Positions 15,599-27,028 of a stretch of 64,000 nucleotides of DNA are shown in pieces. The first letter of the stretch is position 1; each line of letters begins with the position of its first letter. Source of the DNA: Bigelowiella natans CCMP2755 (Eukaryota > Protista > Cercozoa). The translations under genes and the position numbers were made by a program. The notes under the pieces were generated by a model. It saw only the letters and a list, made by a program, of their open reading frames with translations. It was not told the origin of the DNA and made no database searches. The stretch lies in contig ADNK01003286.1 in assembly GCA_000320545.1 (NCBI GenBank), positions 1 through 64,000 of the forward strand, read 5' to 3'.

Positions 15599-18230
15599 CA
15601 ATTGCGGTGCCATCCAAGCTGGCAAGTCAATGGGTTTTGTTTGCTTGATCGAGCTTCATACCGCTACAAAGCAGCCTGCCTCGCTTGCAAATATTTCACG
15701 TCACAGAAGCCGCACATCGCGCAACTGCAACCAGCAATCGTGCAGTATAGCGTGCACAGAAGTCGGATGAATGGATGCGCACGTGCGCCATTGCGATCGA
15801 TGACAACATGACTAGCTGGTCGTGCGTGTCGTTGGCCATCCCATGATGTAGCTGTGCAAAACAGCGGCTACGATGCTTCAGGCGACTAGAAACAGCATCT
15901 AGACACAGCTCCGTCGGCACCCGGTGACGACGGGGTTGTGAACAGTGCAGCGCTTTGCGACGCGCTTTGAAGCAGCAGGCAGTTGCAGTTGGTCAAAGAA
16001 AAGTCATCAGAACTTGTCCGATGGCCAAACCTCAAAAAATGACCGAAACATTGACCCAAATGTCCATTTTCAAGGCCTCAGTGAGCGCGCAAAGTGTGAA
16101 AATTCACACCCGTTGCGCAGAGGATGCACGCTGCGCGTTTGTTCTCTGCCACACTTTGAATGCTTTTGCGCGTGTGTTTGACCAAGTGTGATGTGCACGA
16201 AAAATTTCAAAGAAATGCGAGCAAATCCAATGTCCATTGCATCACACAACGCGCTTAGTCGCGCGCAAAAGCTTCCAAATGCGTGTTCTGGCGATTCGTT
16301 GCAGGTTTGACGGAGCTGTGAGATGAGCATCGATCATGCCTGCCACAACAACCAGTTCAAACCATGCGCATGGCACTTCATTTGAGCACACATGCACGCG
16401 ATGTGTGCGCGCGCGATGTTGCTTGCGTGCGGTCAAAAACATCCGCCTAGCCTTGACACGCCTTGCTAGCAGCTACGCTTGGCACGTGGATGAATTTGGA
16501 AAAAGAAGCACGTGAAAATTCCACATCTGGAACCCATGTGTCGCCAGCACGTTCATTTTGTGTCAAAAAATTGATGCGACGGCTTTGAAAAGCTGAGAAC
16601 GTGTGAAAATTCACACAATGTTGGGACACCGCAGAGCTCGCGCATTTGCTCGATCCGCAAATGCAACAAAACCAGAAAAGACAGCTCTGGAGCTTGCTGC
16701 ATGTCGTGATCATCACGCTGCGTGCAGCTGGATGTGCGCACATGCAAGCCATTCTGGCATTGTGTTTGTCTTGTCTCAAAGTCCATTTGAGACGAAATTG
16801 CATCACTTTTTGCACAGCTCAAAAAGCGCAAAAAATCCGCAAATCGACCAAATCGACGCACACTTTTTGGTCTAGCGCGCAGCGAATTTTTGTTCAATTT
16901 TGCACTTTTTTGCAGATTCAGAACTGTCTTGATCAGAGCTTCAAGAAATTGTCAATCATTTTCATCAGAACACACTCCAGCACTGGCGGAAAGTGCCAGA
17001 GTGCTCAAGTTCAAAAAATGAATCACCGCAAAAATGCGCCAAAACAGCTGGTTTTGGCGCACGTTTGCACCAAAATGGCAATTTTGAATCACAGACACAG
17101 TGACATCATGCACATTGCACACATGGTGTCACATGTGCATCACGTGCATGGCATTGCATGTCCATTGTTTGATGGTTTTTTTGAAACTTGAGCACTTCCA
17201 GACTTTCCAGTGGCGACAGTCTAGCAGTGTGTTCTGATGAAAATGGTTGACAGTCAAGACGGTTCTGAATCTGCAACAAAGTGCAAAATTGGACAAAAGT
17301 TCGCTGCATGCGCTGCTGGGCTAGCAGCTGGACCAAAAAGTGTGCGCGCGAGCGCATCATTGCAGTGCACATCGCTGGCCATGCTAGCATGCTGTGCTGG
17401 CATGAGCGTGCATGCACACACGTGCATTGATGGTTTGCTGCTGATGACCATTGCATTGTCGATGCTCTCACGTGCCACTTGCACGGCGCACGATTTTGAT
17501 CGATTTCACTCATCAGCAGCAGCGCGTGCGCACGCGCGCACACAAGCTGCCTGCGCTGCAAGCGAACGTGGGTCTTGGTGGGTGGAGGGGAAACGAGCAC
17601 GTGCCTTCATCTCATGTGCATGTTTGTCTTGCTTTGTGACAGTTTTACTTTGTTTGACAGATGCAGAATATAAGAATGCAGACAACCCGATCACTTTCTT
17701 CATGTGCGCCCGCAACGTTTTGCAACAATCACATGGCAGCAATGGCCTGGCAGCATGCATGGTGGTTTCAACCGTCGCACGCCTGTGTGCCCGGTCACGC
17801 GCGCGCTGTGGACCGATGCTAGATTGTTTGATTGCATGAGCTTGCTAACCAACAAGTCTACATCTAGAAGCATCATTTCAGTTGTTTCATCATGGAGACA
17901 CTGATCGAATCGTGGCATCTTTCACTGCAAATGTGAGCAACCACTCTAGCACTTGTCATCGGACCTGACATGCACATGCTAGCATGGAGCCAAATGTGAT
18001 GACCAATGCCGCGCGCAACCGTGACAAACACAATGATCATCACATGATGACATGTCTCTGTGCGTCTCTCGGGTCCGCTCGCCGCACGCTCACAAACAAA
18101 AACACATGCAAACGCACAGCTCCAGGAATGCCGCAACAGCATGTTGACCATTGCAGCGCGCCCAAGTGAATAAATGTGCACAATGCATTGCAATGAATTG
18201 CAACGATGACTAGATGAGCAAGATTACTCA
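15500..18230. other. TpA-depleted island 2 (strongest), containing repeat-derived DNA
   Basis: Manual count: 8 TA dinucleotides in 15902-17640 (six CTAG, one TTAG, one CTAC); CpG plentiful (gcgcgc, cacgcg). Confidence 0.9.
16857..17346. repeat. Imperfect long inverted repeat (~165-bp arms, 16857-17018 and 17176-17346), MITE/foldback-like
   Basis: Left arm cacactttttggtc..gcagcgaatttttgttcaattttgcacttttttgcagattcagaactgtcttga..ttcatcagaacacact..gtgctcaagttcaaaaaa matches the reverse complement of the right arm. The spacer holds an 11-bp hairpin at 17035-17061. Confidence 0.85.
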
Positions 18231-18265
18231 CAATTTAGGTAATCATAATGAATTTGGAACAATCT

Positions 18266-18897
18266 CTAACGTTTCTCTTTCTTCATCATCTGGTATTTCC
18301 TAGCCTTCGAAAGAGCGTCCCAAACTTCCTTGTCACTTTTCTGGGAATTCTTTCGATGTAATTTTGATTCGGCACTCGCTAGAATCTGCGTATATTCTGA
18401 AAAAAAATTAATTACTTTTTTAAATCAGCCCTAGAAGGGGAGTGACGGACCTTCATCAGTGGCCTCTTCAAACTTAGAAGCGTGATCAGGAATCTCTGTG
18501 TGCTTTCGAGGAATGCTGAGAATGACAATAAACATGAATGATTTGTCGCTTCAAAAATGCTTATTAGAACGAGGAACAGCTCCAAGGTACGCAAGGTTCT
18601 TAAGTAATCAATACGTGTTCACAGCCACCTTTCATCCGTCTTAGCCTTGTTCTTTGAGTTCCAAAAAAGTTCAGATTCTCTCGATGTATCGGACAATGTA
18701 CAGAGACGTTGATGCTGATGTTGTTGTTGAATTTGTTCTTTCCATCCTCTAGTTTGAGTTTCACAGCGTTTGTTGAAACTACAGTGAAATATACGAATTG
18801 AGGAGAAACCAGGGCATCGATTTCGAAATCTGTTATTCCCGCCCACTAGCAAGTTTCCACTAACATTGAAGAGGATTCGGGAACGTCTTGCAATCAT
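18266..18897 (-). CDS. Hypothetical protein, probably mitochondrion-targeted (3 exons)
   Basis: Arg/Ser-rich, acid-free N-terminus MIARRSRILFNVSG..; in-phase splicing gives ..KTDES|IPRKHTEIPDHASKFEEATDE|EYTQILASAESKLHRK..KKEKR*. Confidence 0.65.
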
Positions 18898-19413
18898 TGT
18901 GTGACTTTTCTAACAGCTGCTCGATGGCGGCCGGCAGTACAGTCGTAGGTACAGTAATGCTTATCGAAGTAGCGTCGTCAACGAGAAGTGGGTCGTACAA
19001 CCTAGTGCTAGATCAAAATATATCCTAAAAACATCTAATATTAATAATCATGATCATGATTATTCTATTCATCACCTTCATATTCAGTATAGAAATATCG
19101 AATTAGACAATAATATATCGTATTAACATCTGAAACTATTCCATTTAAATTGAAAAGCACTTTTTGCTACTTGAGAGAGGAAGAGGGGACAAGGAGGTGC
19201 CCCATTCAAGAAGTCCTAGTTCCTTCTAACACGAACACAAGCATTCGTAAGGAGGCGACGAAGTACGAAGACGACGAATCGAGGTCGTTTTTTTGTTTGT
19301 AGCAGTAGAAAAGCAAGCCACTCACCACACAGGTCCTTGTTCGTCCTTATCGTCGTACTTCTTGTCCTGTTGTTTTCTCCGTCTTCTTCTTCTTCTTCTT
19401 CTTCTTCTTCTCG

Positions 19414-19779
19414 ATGACACCCCCTTTTCAGCAGTCTCTTCGCCTCCCAATGGCAACTAACCGACAAGGTGTTGTTGTGTCTACATTGCGTTGGAATCTG
19501 AAGAAGCACGGTGCAAGAGGTAATCGTATGGGTAGTAGATTGAGAACGACGGGGGGCCAAGTAGAAAATGGATGGTGGGCGTTGCTATACGAGATGATTA
19601 GCCCTTATGTTTCGTAATCAACGTTATTTTCTTTTCTATGTAAGGGAAAGCATTCCTACTCGAGGTTGATGTGAGTTTATCGGACCCTTACGACTGCTCG
19701 ATACCCATGCAACCCGAACCTCCGGAAATTGCGACAGACCAAAAGGTTCATCGACTGAACTCTCTCTCTCTCTCTCTCC

Positions 19780-19833
<54 letters not shown>

Positions 19834-20474
19834 AGATGAAGCTTATCCATTCCAACCATCATCTACCAGATTTCGAAGCAGCCACAGGCATTCTGTCTCC
19901 CATGTGCATCAGTTGTTCCCGTAAAAATAGGTCGTCGCAAATTATTAGATAAACTATATTTCATCCACCTTTATTTCGATGAGTTACATACTATGCAAGA
20001 CTAATATGAAGATATAGCTTCTCTCTCCAATATGAGTAGCACCTGTCAATGGGAGATAATGATGAACTAGAGAATATACAGTTGTTGATGGGATTATTAA
20101 AGCTCCTGCCCCTTATTATGAGTGCATTCATTAAATATTTAAGGAGTTGATCATCACCGTAGCTGTGCATCATGATATTAGGAAGCTGGGTTGCGCGTGT
20201 AACGGAGGGGTCCTCCGTCAACGTGGACCTCCTTTGCCTTTGCGTACATGGAAATGGGACGCACTCGGAATGTATCGGGCACATAACTAGAGACCGTATC
20301 ACGATTCAGCAAATCGGTTGGCGTCCAGACTTTCTCCCTGCCCTTCTTATTTCCATAAGGCCACTAAGGTTTCGAGATTGCTGCAAGGAAGAGGAAGAGA
20401 CCTATAGCTCCAAGTCCAACGGCGATGACTGGGTATTATCGAGGGCCGCTATTAAAAGGGCGATTCACGCGGTA

Positions 20475-20520
<46 letters not shown>

Positions 20521-20672
20521 TAAAAAAGCACAACAGATGATCGTAAGTATTCTCTACTACTGTTGGTAGTGTACTTCTGGGCTCCGATGGTGGTCCAAAG
20601 ATCATGACTGTGTTCAGGCTCTCCTCGTTCGGACAATGTATCAATAGCTTTATTTCCTCGACATGACGATGG

Positions 20673-20707
<35 letters not shown>

Positions 20708-21673
20708 CGCAATTACTTACTTTTTTAAGATGTTTTTCTGAATTTGGTTTGTTCCTTGTTGCACCTATCATCATTAGCCCCCCCCTTGACAATGAAGACA
20801 AAACCGTTCTTCCTAAAGATGAAACAGCTCGAAGGTCCCATTGCTGGAGTAACACTAATCCCCCTTATTTCACGAAGGAAGCAGCCGAATTCATCGGTAT
20901 TAACATTAACTACTCACAGCTACTATGCTCACTTGTTACATACATATCTTCCCACTAATTAATGGGGTTATTGTTGGCGATGTTGCGTATTATTTCTTCT
21001 TCTTCTTCTTTTTCTTCTTCTCTTGTGTTGTTACCACTACCTACTTCTTGGCAGCAAGCATGAGTAGTCTTCGTACGTTGGCTGTGGATCTTCCTAGTGT
21101 GGATAGAGAAGATGATGGTGGTGCTCTCATAGCGCACAGAGCGATATTTTCTCACCTGCCCGACGGTGAAATAAGCAAGGACAAAAAAGAACAAGAGAGC
21201 ATAGGAGAAAAAGAAGAAGAAGATGATGATGAAGGGAAAACAAAAGCAGAACTGGTAACGAGGAAACTAAGTAGCAGCAGCAGCCTGGAGAAGGACGATC
21301 TCTCCCTAAAGAACATGGGTATTACCTTCGTATAAATGATGTAAAATTGTTCCTTTTCTTTAGAAGATGATATGCTTAACTTGAAACTTGAGAGACACAA
21401 AACTAATCACGTTGACCAATTGGAATTGCATGAGATAGCAGTAGAAGATAGATAGGTGTTGGGTTAGATGTTGTGATTGCAATAAGGGTAATAGTTTGAG
21501 TGAGCAATTCAAAAAATACTACCTTGTAGAAGATTTTTATATGATCTCTGTGTGTGAGATCGGTCATGGAGACAAACTGACTGGATGATGGATGATACAC
21601 AAATGACCGCTTTATTATCACTTCGCCACGACATATAACAGTTGATGTTGATCTATTCTCTTTCTACTTTTCC

Positions 21674-21706
<33 letters not shown>

Positions 21707-21926
21707 CGATGATTGTGCAGGTTGCCAGCAGCGTAGGCTGATAACGGAGTCGTGTAGCTTTCCATCTCCAGAGACGGTTCTCTTCTACTAGTAGTAGTAC
21801 CTTTGATGATGAGGCACTAACCAAGCAGCCAAGCAACAACCAACCACCTTGTGCACGTGAATTGCTGCTATTGAGTAGTGTTTTGGAGCCTCACATATAC
21901 GTGTAGATGTATTAGTATATGCACAT

Positions 21927-21994
<68 letters not shown>

Positions 21995-22166
21995 TATATA
22001 TATGTAAATATATACATTATTTAATGGTATGACTCCATACTTTACTTAGATGGAGGACGGTTTTTGCTGTTTGAGTCTACAACTTGCTCCCATTGAAAAC
22101 ACTGATGCAGTGCCATCCAGACCCCTCCTTTATCGTGCCGTGGAGACGCGGGCAACAGCGGTGTGA
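19414..22166 (+). CDS. Cyclase / kynurenine formamidase (KynB-like) family metal-dependent hydrolase
   Basis: Nine exons: 19414-19519, 19645-19745, 19836-19920, 20182-20471, 20618-20637, 20778-20896, 21055-21318, 21721-21776, 22050-22166. They give the motifs HGNGTHSECIGHI, ALLVRT, WSNTNPPYFTKEAAEFI, LAVDLPSVDREDDGGALIAHR, LITE, LQLAPIENTDAVPSRPLLY. Confidence 0.85.
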
Positions 22167-22379
22167 GCAACCCTTCTTCTTGGCCGACATCGTTTTCCTG
22201 AGAATTAGATGTCACGGCTAAATAATAATCGCTTGATACGATAAGAAATGTAAGAAAATCAAAAACATCACAACGATAATCTTGCTCATTGAAAAATTAC
22301 GTCATAATAATAGTCGACCCATTGTTAGATGCCAATGGTTCGCAAAGCTGCTGAAGATGATGGAGATTGAGAAAAATGC

Positions 22380-23310
22380 TTGCGAGCTATGCACTTTGCG
22401 ATGTAGCACGAAGCATACGCACACCTTAGCGCTTATAAAACAGTAGACGCATGCAAATATATTTTGAAAGAGTCACCAGTAACTTCCCACGAAAATGCTG
22501 TGTTAGTTGTTCTAGCTCTGCAGAAGCGTTGTTGGAGCCACGATTCACATGCAAGCCATGGTTTAACCGCATGCCGCAGGTTACACATGCCATATGACTG
22601 TCACACGATCGCGGTCATGCAAGCACATCATGCACCACGCCGGCACAGCTAGATGACAACACGTAGTTTGATCAAAACCACCAACTTTATGCAGCACGCA
22701 TCGCATGCAGTGGAATGGACAACGTGGTGTGATATCTGTGTTGCATGTCAGCATGCATACTTGCTAGCTTGTGTCATGCCACCATGTGTCCACAATGAAT
22801 GTGCATTGAACAAAGTCATTGATTTTGCCACATGCAATGCGCGCTTGCGTACATACACATTCGATTCATTTCAAATTTGCATCTGCGGCATGCGTGCGTG
22901 TGCACACGCTAGCTGGATGCACATGTTCATGTGTGCGCTGCATGATGTGTGCCACATGTGACGAGGTCAAAGGTGCATGTGAAGTACGTAGTCGATGCAC
23001 ACATCACAGACAGCATGCACACGTGTAGGGATGTGTATATTTGCAAGTCCACATGGGTGTGCAAAGATTGCATGTTGCACGTGCAATGATGGCAGGTTTC
23101 TGTTCCATGCAAGCAATTCTGGAATTCATTGAATCATCATCTCTCTCAGTCATGCAAAATTGATCAAAAATCACCATGCACCTGATCACAATCAAGTCCT
23201 CCAGCGCAACAACAACAATCACGACTGCTGATAAATTCTTATGGTCAAGATAGCATGACTTACTTGACAATAGACACAATTCCAATTGCGCTGCATGCAT
23301 GCAATCGCCA
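22380..23310. other. TpA-depleted island 3
   Basis: catg/tgca/cacatg-dense; lies between the cyclase stop (+) and the TSR2-like stop (-). Confidence 0.75.
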
Positions 23311-23347
23311 CTCTTTCAATAGGGAACCTAGTAGCCAAACACCATAT

Positions 23348-23678
23348 CTACATCTTTTTCTCTGCTGTCATTGCCCCCCTTCTTCTCCTCATTGTGACAG
23401 TCCTGAGAGTCAAGAATATGCTCTGTTTCCTCTTCAGTATTTGTTTGCTGATTATCAATATCTATGTCACTTTCCGGGTGCTGTGAAACATTTTCTCCTT
23501 CTTCGGAAATAAATTCATCGCAGAAAACATGCTCGGTAACTTGAACAGGCTGCCGTTCTGAGTCGGTGATAAAAATGGAATTTCTTCATCATCACTAATC
23601 TTCAATTGAGATATATTAGAGAGTTAGTTTAGAGGATTCTGTGTTTGCAACTTGGATTAAATTGCATGGAGATCACAT

Positions 23679-23714
<36 letters not shown>

Positions 23715-24171
23715 TTGATGATGGTGATGATGACCTTGTACATGGAGGGTTAGTAGCTGATTATACATTGACGTATTATTTTGTACTAATTGACTGTACA
23801 GTAAGATTAAATCATGGGCAAGCATTCGAGGGCTATGGTCTTCAGCCTACAAGAGAACGAAGGCAAGAAGAATCATGCTACATTCTTTTTGTCATATTTA
23901 TTTGTTATCAAATATTTTTACAAATGTTTTGGAACCTTCATCACAATATTTTGACAATAAACGTACTTGCACATTCAAATCATCGTCACATCTCTGGAAG
24001 AGCAAATCCTCGACGTAGTCGATGTTTGGCTGTATTATTCATACAACAAGTGAAGAAAAGGAGAAAGATACATTATCATCATCATCATCTAATCATCTTT
24101 TAAAATACTACTCTAGTGCCTGCACATATTGTACATGTGTACACAATCTAAATCCCTATCTACTAATACGT

Positions 24172-24209
<38 letters not shown>

Positions 24210-24492
24210 CTTGCTTTGACATACTATGGTCTTTCGCTTCAAGAATAAGGAAACAATATCCTGTTGCGTTAGAATACATAATAAATAATGTTATTCAAGG
24301 TCAATTTACCAATAAATAGGGAGAGAAGAATCTGCCATAATATAGGTTAAATAGGGGTCACAGTAGTATCATAATGCACTACTGCTACTGCTCTAAATCA
24401 ATCCTTAAGGTTGTCGTAGTCGTTTTCATTCTCTGTCTTGTCCTGCTATCTATCTTCTATTCATTCACTCATCCTGATATTCTACCACCACC

Positions 24493-24526
<34 letters not shown>

Positions 24527-24572
24527 ATACCTCTTGTAGGGAATTTACATATGCCTCTGTTCTAGGGCCCTT

Positions 24573-24607
<35 letters not shown>

Positions 24608-24956
24608 AAACAGTATTGTCTTTAGTATTTAGTTATTTATTTCAACGACGCCGCAAGGGAGAGCAATCAAGAACATCCCATAAGTCTCAACAACAACACA
24701 TACTTTTCCAGTTTGTAAAATAGAATGTATGTGTACTACTCTCTTCTTTGGACTGCCTTCCTAGATGCTGCTATAAGTAATGCTTCCCCCTCTTCTGTCT
24801 TCTATTTTCCATCCCTATGTGCTCGCTCTTAGATCTTCTTCTTCTCAGTCCTCTCCTTCTCATTTTCTTCTTTCTCCCAACTCCTCTTTCCCCACTTTCC
24901 CATAATCTCTTCTACTAGCCCCAAGAAGATATGACGAACGATGATTATGCTTAATG

Positions 24957-24992
<36 letters not shown>

Positions 24993-25695
24993 ACGTATAC
25001 GAAAACAGTGTACATCTGGTACCGCTGTCCTATGGCCGATGGCAAGTTGAGGAATTTCCCAATGTGAGAAAAGTGTCTTAACCCCGCGCCGCCAGAACTC
25101 TCTAAATTCCTACGCATAATGAAGAAACAGATGATAAACAACGAATTAACGAACAATTATGATCTAAAAACAAAAATGTTGTACTTCCAAACAATAACAG
25201 TTCATAGAATAAAAGTAACCTCGATTAAGATGAGGTTTCTTGGTGGTTTATCACATTGCTGCTTTGGGGCATAACTATTAGTACTACTCAACACCTGGGA
25301 TAATGCTGGTGTTCGCTCAAGCCGAATTTGGTCCTCTACCAGCTGTTTTGTCAGAGCCTCCAGATTGCCACCAGTAGAAGCAGAATCAACAAGATTTCTC
25401 TCTCTCTCCCTTCCTCTTCCTTCTCGTCTAGCCCCCTTTTTGAGCAATTTGCTATTATCTAAATAAAGGCGGTAACGTATTATTAACGTGGTGAAAATTG
25501 AAGGCAATTCCGTAGTCAAATCTCAAAGTATATCATTACCATGATTCCTTTCTAAATAGTAGTGAAACGATAAATCATTCCTTTCCAGAAAATATAATAT
25601 GCAAAAATATTTAAAATCCTTTCACCAATACATTGACCTCATGCTATGCAGACACCATACGCACACACAAACACATACATACTTAGATTAACTTC

Positions 25696-25737
<42 letters not shown>

Positions 25738-26262
25738 CTTTGTAGATATATCACCCAATTCAGAAGCAATAGCTGCAGATGCAGGAGGAGTAAGATGAGA
25801 CAGACGACGGGGTTCCAATCCAGCGAAGTCGGTCCAAGGGGACGATGATGGTGGAGACCCAAGTTGTAGCAGAACATTTCGTTGTCGCATTAATGCGGGA
25901 TGTTGATACGAATGGTGATGATGATGATGATGATAATGATGATGATTGTGACAGTGGTGTGTCGTGATAAGCTCTGAGAGAAAGAGAGTGCTGCAGAAGA
26001 TGAATAGTAGCAAAATGGAGGTGAGGAATACTACAACTCTTACCCCTCCTTCTCCTTTTGTTGTTGCTGCAGCAAATACTGCTGCTACCATTGAGCTGCT
26101 GCTGCTGCTGCTGCTGCTATGACCACAACTACCCGTACTTTGATTGTTGTTCTTGTTGATGATGCTGTTATTGTTGACATCGTTACTACCATTGATTAGT
26201 TGCAGCAAGACCTGCCCAAATGCTGCTTTCGTCGCGGTAGTAGCGTTTTTGTATATTCTCAT
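23348..26262 (-). CDS. TSR2: TSR2 (pre-rRNA processing, WGG-domain)-like protein with long hydrophobic N-terminal extension and acidic tail
   Basis: Spliced exons ~25110-23735 read EFREFWRRGVKTLFSHWEIPQLAIGHRTA|GPRTEAYVNSLQE|DIVSLFLKRKTI|PNIDYVEDLLFQRCDDDLNVQ|AEDHSPRMLAHDLILLYSQLVQNNTSMYNQLL, matching the TSR2 pattern (F..GV...W..LQ.A...G; D.VED.L; ED.S). Last exon is D/E-rich and ends at 23348. Confidence 0.72.
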
Positions 26263-27028
26263 CTTCTTACTTTGAGACGCAAAATATATCGTAACGATGA
26301 TTTTTTTGTATCAATTCAGCTTTATGGGTTCACTCCTTCGCCACCTTCTGCCTTGTATTTTTCGTAATACTGCTTGCTCTTTTTTGTGAGTAGCTTTCAA
26401 AGTACTCTTTTTCAAGCACTACTCTGGTACGCTCCACCACTAGCTTCGATTGTGTATTCGTCCACGAATTCGTGTGAACGTTACCTTTGATCACCAAATA
26501 GTTATCATATCATCGTCCTCATTTCTATTCTCATCCTCCTCATCCTCCTCCTCCCCCTCCACCTTCTCATCATCATGATCATGATCATGTGAGGAAAGAG
26601 TGAGGTATGGAAAGTCGGCCTTATTATTACCAGACAATGTTTGTAATACTATTGTAGATAAATTGGGCATACTTTTTTGACCAACTAGGGTTTTCCCTAG
26701 AGTCGCTGCTCTCACTGTCGTCTAGTACATAAATGTAGCAAGCAGGGGTAGCAACAACAACATCTACAACAACATCAACATCAACAGCACTGATGTTTCA
26801 AAGTATTAGTAGTTTGTGGGATGATAATTTGACTAACTGGTAGTAATACTGCTACTAAGTACTCCTCCTCCTCCTCGCACTAAGCACTAAGCACATAGAC
26901 ACTGTCCTACCAACAGCCCACTTGATTCAAACGAGGAGGAGGAGGAGGAGGAGGAGAACTACACTACATTCCCAAACCTACCCCTAAATATAAAAGAGAG
27001 CTCAGCACTGCAGTAATAGTATTGAAAC

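Noticed and set aside
16094-16616. Resemblance of TGTGA..TCACA to a bacterial CRP site
   Set aside because: The spacer is 4 nt rather than 6, and the context is a eukaryotic repeat remnant.
15902-17640. CpG methylation decay or fungal-type RIP as the cause of the TG/CA richness
   Set aside because: CpG is abundant and TpA nearly absent, the reverse of those processes. The three-copy alignment favours a TA ancestor.
15489-18231. Many 60-200-aa ORFs on both strands in island 2 (and similar ORFs in the other islands)
   Set aside because: They are Cys/His/Ala/Met-rich, Tyr-poor and overlap in all frames. This is explained by loss of TAA/TAG stops, and I recognise no domain, so they are not called as genes.
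18594-18625. Apparent in-frame TGA read-through (ORF 18619..18897 followed in frame by 18412..18594), suggesting selenocysteine or recoding
   Set aside because: A GT donor before the TGA and two in-phase GT-AG introns give a complete gene without recoding.
21721-21745. Apparent stops (TGA TAA) interrupting the cyclase gene
   Set aside because: Wrong frame; using the phase-1 donor at 21319 gives an open exon GCQQRRLITESCSFPSPET.
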